The notes under the pieces: generated by a model | The model's input: only the letters and a program-made list of their open reading frames with translations | Database searches by the model: none | Told to the model about the DNA's origin: nothing | Origin: Botryllus schlosseri | Lineage: Eukaryota | Length of the DNA stretch: 64,000 nucleotides | Reading direction: 5' to 3' | Assembly (NCBI GenBank): GCA_051294905.1 | Contig: CM119376.1 | Span: 30,070,001 to 30,134,000 of the forward strand | Position numbers and translations under genes: made by a program | Part shown: piece after piece, positions 15,501 through 27,500 of the stretch | How the letters are laid out: each line of letters opens with the position of its first letter | Position numbering within the stretch: the stretch's first letter is position 1

Positions 15501-18500
15501 TTCAAACTTCAGAGTATACGTTGGGAGCCGCATTAAAACACCTGATTAGACTATATACTGATAACGAAAATTCTAAAGGTAGCTATTAATAACCTACCTC
15601 TAAATCCCACCATCTAGCAAACTCAAAAGCATGCACATGCACATAGACTTCTACAGATTGTATATCTGTTATTTTAGCATTGGTAGACGCAGATTGGCAA
15701 GTGCTATACATTGAAATAAATTGAAAATGCATTACTTAACATACTATTTACTTGTTATGTGATAAGATAACTCTTCATAGATTCCAGCACTTGATACACA
15801 AGTTTGCGGAGGATTATTCTATGAAAAATATTGGACTTATTGCAATTTATACTTGACTATGAGCCGTTATTTTAATGTTAGTGAAATTGTATCGTAATAA
15901 TCTCTTCAAAAAGACGATATATGAAGGTCTACGAGCATCAGAACTCAAGATATGTCGTTGTCTGACGGGTATTCCTCCGTGCGTTTGACGCTAGTCTGCA
16001 AGAATTCTGTTTTCAGAAGCGGCCTTGGACTGGTTTAGAGCTATCTAATATCCCTCATTTCAGCATTCATATACAAAAATTGCCTATAACTATATATGGA
16101 AACAAACAACAACTGTCGTCCATTATATTTTGTGGCATATTTAGAGGTCACTCAGAGCTGCAAGAAGGCTACCTTGGAGCCGCGGTTGGGAATCACTGCT
16201 CTTGATGCTCTCATGTTTTGAGTCAATATTACAAGGAATAAATGTTGTTTATGTAGCTTGTATTATGCGTATTTTACTATTTTGCTAATCCAGGGAAATC
16301 CCGGGATTGAGAAGCGAAAATCGCGGGAAATCCCGATCCCGGGATTTCAAATTTGATCCCGAAGTCCCAACCCTATTTAAAACAGCAAGCAAAATGAAAT
16401 GACTTTGAATCATGCCTCGTACTTTAAAAATCCAACTTGACTTGACTTGACTTGAGTAACCTCCAAATATTGAGTGACATGACTCGACTCATCGTCAAAA
16501 ATCGATTGACTTGACTTGACTCTAGTCAAAATTTGCAATGACTCGAGATGACTTGATTCCAACACTGTTACAAACGGCTAAATAAATTTAAGATTTGATA
16601 TTTATTTCTATGCATGTAATTAATGGACAAATTTTCAACTTCTTGTAGTTTGGAATTAAGATCTATAATTCCAATATATTTGGGGTCCGAGGACCGTCAG
16701 TTGAGAACCACTGGTCTAAAACATAAAAACTTGGATAAAGGGATGCAAGCAGGCAAAACCGACCTTGAATACTCAAAAATAGTATCCACTCACATCTCTT
16801 GTAGCTTCAGACTGGCCCCTCCATGAAGTACGTATGTAAATACGACACAAACATGTCCGCTGGACGCATAATCGAGATTTATTTTGGGAGAAGTAAGCAC
16901 TGATATACGTCGAGTTGCAATTATCTTGTTATCTGTAAAATAACAAATTCATCTCGCTGTGAATTGGTGTGCAAACTGCAAATTTCCCTTGAGGTCGATT
17001 GACGCGCAGTTGTTATGCAACTGCTTGATACGACCAGATGATGTGACACACAGATCGCATCGCGTAAACCAGGGTTGGGCAACTTCTCCGGTCGGCGGGC
17101 CGGATATGGAAAAATGAAGTATTTATCAGGTCGGATTACAGAACATATACATTAATCATGTATTTATCCACCTATAGAAGAAATAAATCGTATTTAATGT
17201 CAACTTTAAGTTTAAAGCGTAGACACCAAAAACAGTATCTAATGAATTTATTAGCAGTAGCTGTTGAAGTCAATCAGACATCTGTGGGTCGGTCAGAGTT
17301 GTCGACAAGTTCTTTGAAATCTGGCTGCATGTCGTATGTATAGAAACCCTTAGTAGAGACTGCACGTTAACATCAGTTATATTGGAACGCAGCCTTGTCT
17401 CGTTAATGTTCATGGTCGAAAATACACGTACATCCGAACAGAGCAAGTAGTTTCATGTCCATCTCTCTCATATTGGCAAACTTGGATTCATTCTGTGACG
17501 CATAAAATTTGGCAATACTTTCAGAATAGAATTTCACTTTCAGGGTAGCAACTCTCTGCGGGCCGGTCAAAATCCCTTCGCGGGCCGTAAGTTTCCCGTC
17601 CCTGGCGTAAACGGATTATGTGACAGAAAAAGGGGTTGACAACAATATTAAAATATACATGGTAAGAAATCAGGGTTGTAATGACTCGAGTCATAACTCG
17701 ACTTGAGTTGCTATTTTTGAATAACTCAACTAGACTGAGTGCTGTTCTTAAAAATGGAAGATGACTCGACTTGACATGAGTCAATTTGTGTATAGACTCG
17801 ACTTGTACTCGAGTCATTGCGCATAGCTTGAGATATTCTATATTACTTGCTTGAAGTCTCGTGTATCAAGACCAATACTTATAAAAATAGGCCCATAAAC
17901 ACTGTTTTATCTGTTTGAACAAACACCCGTCTCTTCATTTGTTGGAACCCGTCTATAACTCGATAATGAGCGTTGAACTTGGACTCGGACTCAAGTTTTA
18001 ACACTATGACTCGGACTCGACCCCTTGCTGCCTGACTCGGACTCGAGCTTGACTCGTTGATGAAGTGAAAATGACTCGAGCCAAAACTCTAAAAGTAAAT
18101 ATGACTTGTGATTCAGAGCCTCGTGACTTGGTCACAACCACAATAAAAATGGTACAGGATAAGTAATAAAGCTAATATTAAGATTATGGAAAGATTTGTG
18201 TGTGATTCGCAACCAGATGCATCACTGTAGAAAGTGAAAAGTTTGTAATAATGGTGAATCCAATGCAGACATTGCATGAGCGGAGCGCAATATACCCACA
18301 TGCATAATATGCGGCAAAGTTCCATCCTACGTTGGTATATCCGCATGTTTCTCGACCAGAGCGCCGCGTAAATGTGCAGTTCAAATCAGCTGACAGAAAA
18401 CAAGAAGATCTCATTTTGTCCCGAAAGGCACTGCATTTCCCTCACCTTCACATCTATTGTTTCCAAACGGCGGTTGCCAAGCGCTTGCACTGTACGATAT

Positions 18501-21500
18501 ACTTTGACAAGTCGAGGTGAAAGACGTAGAGAATTCACGTCCGGATAATTTATAATCTTCGATACATTGGTAAGTGACCGTTGAGCCACGGAGAAGCAAT
18601 TCGGGACTCTCGTAATGGATTTTTCCGTCATTTGTGAACTTAAGTGATACTGGCGGTGGGCCGCATTTGATGTCTGGAAATTATTATCATGGTCTTATAA
18701 TGGTAAAGAATAATTAAATTATTCAAAGATTTTCCATCTGCATGATGGCAGGAATATATAAACAAACCGTGTTGACATTGCTCCCCTATAAAACCCATAA
18801 GACAAAAGCAAGTGTATGATCTCAAACGTGAGACGCAAGTTCCTCCGTTCATACATGGTGCCGACTCGCAAAAATCCTCTGAAATCATCAAAATTTATAT
18901 GTAGGTTAGAATACAACGCCTCTTTGCGCAATGACATTCTCACCGCAATTGCTTCTTCTCAATTTTACAAATTCCAACTGCACCCCAATCGAAGCTCGGA
19001 ACTGATATTTAAGATTTCGTTCGGCAGGAAAGTTTACGAACGAAGTAAGCCAATTATTTCGAATCTCCTGCGGATGAGCAGTCCAGGCTGCGTAGTCTGA
19101 CTGGTATCGGTTCCTGTATGTAATACATCGCATAAATCAGCATGGCCGGATAAAGCAAGAACTGAAAAGCCTTACAAGGCTATATCTGTACATTCCTTGT
19201 CCAGCGGCATATGCACATCATGCACTTATGGTATGTATTGGAACACAGATTCTGAGTATTTACATCATGAGTCGATGTATATGCCGCAAAGACAACATTG
19301 GGGACAATAATATACTACATCCTATTCCACAGATTTATTAGAACGAGCGCATCAGGCTCGAAGAAAACTGCCCCGAATTCTGCCATTCGCAAGCATTCAA
19401 TGGATAACACTATTTGAATAATATATTCATATTTATTCCCGAAGCTTTTCGGCTGAGACTCACCAGGGGATATCGTCAGCAATAATCCGAGCATTCAAAA
19501 GCTATTTGCGATTTTTAAACGGTACACAAATTCTTTCTGATGGCATAGACTAGGTTGACGCATAGTGATGATGGTGGACTCAAGAACACACAAATGAAAT
19601 AAATTACGACCCTTTGCCAATATAGAGAACATGTCCTCAAGATAATTGGCAACACACGTTAGATTTTCCAGCAAGTGTATGCCGATAGAAGACTTTCAAC
19701 CCATGGCCTTTTTGTATTCGAGAACGAGCAAATTATTCTGCTGCGACTTTGAGATGTAGGATTTGATAGAATGTGGAATATGTTCTTTGATGGTCCTGCA
19801 ACCATTAGGAAGTGTTCGCTACGTACCGACAATCGCAGCGGCACTTGAATCCATAAATTACGTTAGTTTTTTGTGAAGCCAGGAGAACATCCTTTCAACG
19901 TCTAGCCGATCAAGCTTCGGAAATAAATATGAATATAATATTCAAATGTATGAGATTCTGTACTCCAAAGCGTCTCTTTACAACACTATTTGTGCGGAAA
20001 ATTAGCGACATGAGATCGGAGCGGCCGTTCATTCTTCCATTTATGTACCTTGAGTTAGTTGATTTTGCTTTCAACGAGACTTTTATGCGAGACGTTGCAT
20101 TTATCTCCAAAGAATTACTGTAGCCATTAAACGTGCCGAATTCCTGGTTTAAAAAAGGTTTTCCAACAAATTGCCCTAACAGCCCCCCACTCTTGAGTGT
20201 TATTGCAAACTTGTTCGTCGTTTTCTGTAACATCTATGTCTTTTATATGCTTTATTTTTGGATGGGTTATTTTTCTGGTGCAAATTTTAACTTAACAGAC
20301 ATAATTTCAATTATATTTCTCTGTGACCAATTTTACAAACTCAATAAAAACGATAATTCCTCATTGGCAGAAGTTAAGGGAGCTAAAAAGTATTAATGTG
20401 TTGAATCAGAAAATCAAATTTGATTTGATGAGTTTGTGTCTGTTCTTGTTAACTTTTGCATTGCTTTGTTTTGTAACTCTTGCCTGCAACTACCAAGGAA
20501 ATGTAAAACAACATCACAATTATACTTCGGTTTTATTCGCCAGTCAAAAATGTGCTCTTTTTTGGTGCTGAAAATATGGTAAGCCCAAGTTTGAGTTAAC
20601 AAAAGTGCAACACTTTGCAAGGGGAAGCGTCGCATTTATGAACTGATAACTTGAAGGGAACAGTAGAAATCGCACTGATTTCAGATAAATCTGCATTGCA
20701 ATGGCTGTGTTGTGTGAAATTCACATTTTATTGGTTTGTTCTTTTAACACACCGTTGGTGCAGTTCATCTTATTCCATTATTTCTTTTTATAGTAATATA
20801 TTACATGTCTAGTTAGGTGTGTACTGTGGTACAGGTTTTGTCTTTATGACTCAACGAAAATTTGGTAAGTATTTCCAAGGTTAATACAGGTTAAGAACCA
20901 CTGATCTAGGGTTGTAATGACTAGAGTCTCGCGACTTTTCGGTGACTCAACTTGACTTGAGTCCATTTCGTATATATTGGAAATTACTTGACTTGAGTAA
21001 ATTTGTGTACTGACTCATCTTGGACTCGAGACTCGGACAGCCGAGACAGGCATTTCATTGTAGCTTCGAAGAATAGTATAGTTCCACATTTCATCTATCA
21101 CAGTGTTTCGCAACCTGGGAGGAATTCCCCCCTTGGGGAAAATTTTGAAATCTTTAGGGGGAATCTGGTATAGGGTTGTATCGGAAGATACACTGCGTTT
21201 ACAAGGTTTTCAGGTTTTTATGGTAGAAATGTTGAGTATCAAACTGGTTAATTACAATTGTATGTTTCTTTGGCGCATTTGTAGCTAGATGTATGTTTAA
21301 ATGCTTTCTGTAGAAACCCCACCCCCTGGCAAAATGAGGCGATACACGAGTTCGTTGAACACGCGACAGGACAGCCTCTCAACCAAATTGCTACTAAGCA
21401 GGGAAAAGTCATGCCGAATTCAGCTGGTGGTGAAAATGTTTATCTTTTTTAACCCAACATCTGAGCTAACAAGAAAAACATACGAAATTCATCGATTCAT

Positions 21501-24500
21501 CTCAAAGCGATCGAAGGCAAACTTGGTGATAACTTTTTCGTCGGCAGCTACCTGACCGGTAAAAACACAGGTCAAATTTAGTGCAATGTTGACACAAAGG
21601 AAAGTGACGAACGAATTTCTACTAATTTAGTTATATTCTAAATAATTGATACAAAAGTAGCCTGCGGTACACTAATAAAGTGCAATGCGGTCCACATTCG
21701 CCATAGTTCGGTCATATTTTGCTCAGTCAACAAATGGTTATGCGTTAAAAATCACCTTTTTTAGTCACAGTACGACTTTGTTATAGGGGGGATTTCAGCC
21801 CCGATATCTGCACGAGTTGGGAACCACAGGTCTATCAGTACTCGTACATCGAAATTATGGCCAGAAATTGTAAGAATGTTGAAAATTAGCATATTATAAA
21901 TGTGAGGCATTGGATATCATCCAAGCAAGGTTGTAAAAATTGGTTGAACATGACTTGAACTCAAAACTGAACAGTCTTAACGCAATGACTCGGACTTGAC
22001 CGTCCGCACCACGGCTATTCTTGACTGGATTCAAAACTATAAAAGTAAGATTGACTTGTGGCTCGGAACCTTGTGACTTGATTACAAACGTTGTGTCGTC
22101 ACATTTCAAATTAAATTACAGATCACTCACATGAATTGTAAAATTGTGCGTGTGTTGCGGTTCAATAAGTACCTAAACACCGCGCATAAGCGACCTTCTA
22201 TCGCGTAATCTTCATTGATGTGGGGCGATGTGAGCAACGAGTTCTCCTGTGAGGCAAAAATATCTGGAAAAATATCAATGAAAAACATTCTTCATTAACC
22301 AGTTAACGCTACATATTCTATATCAGTGCTTTTCAACCTGTGGGATGGTATGCCCTTGTGCGAATGAAAAAAATTGCAGTGCTGATGACGAACGTGGTGC
22401 GGACGAAAATCCACCAGATGATTGCGGATGAAAATGGTAAATAATTATGTCTTTTTCTGACATGGAATAATTCAAATAAACCTTATAATAAGTTCAAGGG
22501 CAGTGGCTCTCTAACTTTTGCAGTTGCGAAACAATTGTAAAAACTTATATATATAAAAACTTATATATATGTATAACTGACGCATCACTAATCGTAGCTT
22601 TTACAATAGCTTTGTCTCTCAACAGCCATAGTGAATTAATATTTGCACACTGTAATTATTACGTTATCAAAATCCTGGTCCGATAGCGGGTGCAGTGGCA
22701 GACATAAATTGTATCAGCACGTCTGAGGCTGTAACGTGCTGGAAAAAGTACGTCAAATTGATTTTCTGCATTCTTTCCCTGAACAATCATCATATTTTCG
22801 TAATAATATTGCGATTAGCACAAGGCCCGAGGATAGTAGTAAACACCATCATTACAGACTCATATTTGCAAGTCACCAACAACGCAAATTTTCACCTAGC
22901 TGTAATGAGACGCTTGATGGTCTAACTCTAAAGGCTATAGTAGCCTATTTGTTGCATATTTGTTGGATAACAAGCTATTGGTAAGTATCTTCATCTACTT
23001 TTAGTACAACAATTTTTGGTGGGTTAGTGCGAGTGAAATTTATCTTGCAAAAAAATACGGATGGTGCTCAAAAAGGTGGAAAAGAAGTGTTTTATATAAT
23101 TGAACAACCAGATCTTTTCTTCATACAGAATTGTGACCAAATTTTAAAATAGGCCTCTTAATTGGTGCCTTTTGTTTATACCAGACTTCAACAGAGAGAT
23201 AATTCTACTTTTCTAATTAGACTAATTAAGAGAAATGCCACTAATCTAATTTCTGGTGTCCCAGAAAAATTCTACAGGAGAACTGTATAGTGTTAAACGG
23301 CCCAGAGCATGGTTGGCAGAAATCTGACTTTGGTGTGTTTATGAAAATGTACTTTGATTTGATATGAGCTAAATATGATTTTAGTTGTGTCATTCTCTCC
23401 AATTCAGAAATTCAAATTCTAATCTAATTTGGGAAATCTGAAAATTTTCAACTCTGGGTTATATAGATAATGAAGTTGAGCCTTCGGCATCCACCCTGAC
23501 AAGAATGTCTTTCTTTATCCAATGAGCCAAATCTAATCTGTATTGTGACGTAGTTTCCAACCTCACATGCAACATAGGTCCTATCACGCAGTGAATGGAT
23601 ATGAGCAAAATGCAAAATATTGAACTCACAATTTTGAGATTGCTCCCAGTACTGGTTGGAGTATCCACATGTTTCCACCGAGAAACGGGCAGCAGAATTC
23701 GTAAATGTGCAGTTTACATGGGCTAAACAAATTTTGCGAATGGACATCACGATAGATATCAAAATACCGAAAGCGAGGGCAGGGCGAAATTGAGTACTTG
23801 ATTGATTCGATCCTGAATCGAGCATTAGCCCTCGAGTCAATTATCGCTCATTACGACGCCGCAGCAGTATAAACGATGTGGAAAGTTCAAACATGTAGCT
23901 TCTATTCGACCACAAAGAATAGAATGCCAGTTCTACAACACATTAAAGATATAGTTTGATATTTTTTCGACCCCACCTATTTCATTGCACTTTGTGACAA
24001 GGCTGTGGGTTGATCACGACTTCAGAGATATCTCATGTTCAGTAACGAGCGTACCTTTTACCATGTTTCATATTCTGCAATACGACCTACCGAGGTTTAC
24101 AGCATTTCATAGAAGTAAATAGTATCAAAACTATGATACCCGTTGGTATAATTTCTGTGTTCGAGTAAATCATATCACACAACTCGGCTTGAATCATTAG
24201 AATTAATATTCGATACATATCCAAGTACTCAAATCTTTGTGATCAGCCCTGCCAAAAATCTCACCATAACAATCGGGGATCGCCCCCCATTCACTCTCCT
24301 CATTACACTGTCCCAATGAGTCACCCTCCATCTCGTAGCCCTCTTCGCAGCTGTAACTGATCTCAGTCCCAAACTCATCTCTAGTGACCGAAACATATTT
24401 TACAAATCCGTTTCTAGGCTTGAGAGGCGGCGGACAGCGTATCTCTGCACGAGTGGCATGAATCAAACAAAATCCACAAACAAGACATAACGAGCAATAC

Positions 24501-27500
24501 TTGAGCATCTTGCCAATGACGAAGACCATTCGGCTGAAGAGCCTGATTCATCACCTGCCTCACAGTATATCCTCAATGCGCCGTTCTTTGGCTCATGACC
24601 TGTACAAATGAAAACAGCATCATTGTCTAATAAGACAAACTTCAATCTAGAACAGCAGGATTGTAATGACTCGACCCGAGTCGCAATTTTTCGTTTACTC
24701 GACTTGATGTGAGTCATTTTCTTAAAAATGGTAAATGAAACGACTCGAGTCAATTTGTGTATCAACTTGTACTTGAGTCATTGAACACGACTTGACACAT
24801 TCAATATGACTTATTAAAGTCTCGTATATCAGAACTGACAATTGAAAAATTGGTCAAGAAAGTGTATTTTATCTGTTTGAATTAACATGCTTAGAGTGAG
24901 CAAAATGATTATACCATGAATCCTAGGCCTTCAATATCACCTAAGAGCTTCACAGGAGTGAGATGAACCTGACTTGAACTCGATACTGAGAAGTAAACAC
25001 TATGACTTGGACTCGAGTCTTAACATGATGACTTAGACTTGACCCGTTGCTCCCTATCTTGGAATCGGACATGGCTCGGTGGTGAATTGAAAGTGACTCA
25101 ACTTTACCCGAGTCAAAACTATAGAAGTCAAATTGACTTGTGACTCAGTTACAACCTGGCGAAAAGTGCTTTTCAACCTGTGTGATGGTACGCAATTGTG
25201 CCGATGAAAATTGTGCATATTATTTTATTTTATTACTTATATATTTAGCTTATTATAATTCAAAAAAACTTAAATACACCGGCTTCATGACTTCTGTCAT
25301 TTCGGCGCATTTCTAAAATATTGTAGGACAACACACTGTTAATGGAAGCTTTTACAATGTTTTAGTCTCGCATTAGACAGAGGGGAATAATATTTTGCAC
25401 AGTATTATTATTATTATTACATAATTAAAAACCTGGTTCGAAAGTAGGTATAAAGTCCTGGCACCGTGTCCTCTTACAAAATCCCATGACTTATTTGGTC
25501 GAAAAGAGCACTTGATGGCCAAATGCGGGGAGTTGAAGTGGTCTGGGATTGCATTTTGCATATGTAATAATTTTCGGTAGGTTTGTGCGGATCAGTTTTT
25601 TACAAAAATGAAAATTGTTAATGGTTCCTCTAAAAGGTTGAATAGCACTGCACTAGAATAATCAGGCTCGAAAGACTAAATGAGGAGTTCTGTGTACGCT
25701 TTCGAATTATCTGCATATATGGACTACCCATTAAAAGCAATGTTGCATAAAGCGTACTTAATTGAAAGGCAAAAAAACTATGTATTTCACCTTTCAAACC
25801 TTGCTGGCTTGCTGCCAATCCAGAAGTAAATCTACGGTATTCTTGGAAGGTTTTGGAATGGCACACACGTAAATGATGTTTAACATATAGTCCAGCACGA
25901 AATCTGTTCTTCACTGCGCATGTACGAAAACCTTGCTCGCAAGTCACAATGGTAAATGACTCTCCACACATTTTTTTACACTGCCGGATACGGCGCTCTC
26001 ATACTGGACCAGTCCCACAAACTATAACGTGCTTATCATTGTATAATGTACATGAGCCAAACACTGAAGATTGCAATAGCGCTAATCAAACATCATTCGT
26101 AGTAATCAGATGACACTGGTTCCGGTAGGAGATCCTACAGTAGGCCACGCAGTTACTCTCATAACGAGGCAGTTTAGTAGAGAAACAGAATTTCAATACT
26201 GTTGATGTGGGTGAGGCGAGTAAAAGTACACAGCGATGTACAGATGAGTTGAATCAATTGTAATTTGTAATTGAGTTGAATGTAATTAATTACATTTTTT
26301 CATGTAATTTTAATTGTAATTGAAGCATTTCTATTTTGTGTTATTGTAATTGTAATTTGAAGAAAATTTTTCCGAATTACAACTTCAATTACATTGTTAT
26401 TGAAACCTGACAATCACAACATAAAATGATTAGCCTATTTACATCGTTGCTCTATGCGTGCCTCGTTAACTAGATAATTCAGCAATGCTAAACTGTTTCT
26501 CATACTTGAGTAGCAACAGAAAACGTAGCGAATTAAAATATAGGCTATACCAGTGGTTCTTAAACTGGGGGCGTGTGATATGACGATAAGGCACGGAATA
26601 TTTCACCGTCATAAAGGGGCCGTGTCTAAAAAAGTTTTAAGAACCAGTGGGCTAAACTAAATCGTAATATTTCAAAAATGGATAAACAGCAAATAAACTC
26701 TTCTGGAACCTGTACTGAACCATTTCCTACACCACGGTCAGAGTTTTTTTTTTAAATCTCTGATCAGTACTGACGCTTGCTGCAACAATTGTAAAAAGAA
26801 ATTCAAGTTTTCAACCAAGGATTCATCAAACTTGATCACACATTTTTAGAGATTTATACCAATCTTAGTCAACTTTACTGGGGTCAGAAACTTTTCGCAC
26901 CCTAATGTTAATCAAATGCAATCTAACAGTTTTTGAGCAAGTGAAAATGTAAATGTGAACCAAAATTTTGTAATTCGTAGTGATCAGGAGCTTCTTTCCT
27001 TTTGCAATTATTTTAATTTTACACACCTTATCATTATCATCCTTATCGCTGACACCTAACCAATTACATTTCATTTGCTTTACTCAGCTTCGTGTATTCG
27101 TTTGATTACATTTCACTGCCTGTCTTGTAGCCTATTCGCTGATAGTTGTTGCTAGTCGCTCAAACTTTTGGTTGTTAATAGTCGCTTGAAAAAGTTTTCT
27201 GTGTTTATAGTTTTCACTACTCGTAATTAGGAATAGCTCGAATATGTACGCGTTTTTTTGATTAACGGGTATTCTACGTATCATCAATGAAACATGAATA
27301 GCTTGAGATTGTTGCTCATTACGTCGCTACTGTTGCCAAAGGGCACCTCTCTACCGATAACATGTTCAACAGTAATTGTAATTGTAATTAATTACATGTT
27401 TAACAGTAATTGTAATTTAATTGTAATTTGATATTTTTAGCATTGAGTGATTATAATTGTAATGTAATTGAAACATGCAAGGAAGTAATTGTAATTGAGC

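Noticed and set aside
330-18878. Cluster of four separate small EGF/CCP paralogous genes, as the ORF track suggests
   Set aside because: Each ORF stop lies downstream of a good splice donor, all exon phases chain into one frame, and no unit has its own signal exon.
19260-19330. ILLSP motif as the middle exon of MAM1
   Set aside because: An in-frame stop follows; the real middle exon is at 22131-22263.
19910-20233. 107-aa ORF as a host exon
   Set aside because: It lies within the Penelope-like remnant and is not needed for the gene model.
24203-24529. ORF as the true start of an independent gene
   Set aside because: The upstream part is better explained as the second half of CCP3 in another frame plus a 56-nt GT-AG intron. 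It is kept only as a possible alternative isoform.
25630-26060. Cys-containing minus-strand ORF as an extra CCP exon
   Set aside because: It has an in-frame TGA and no proper CCP spacing, and CCP3 is complete without it.
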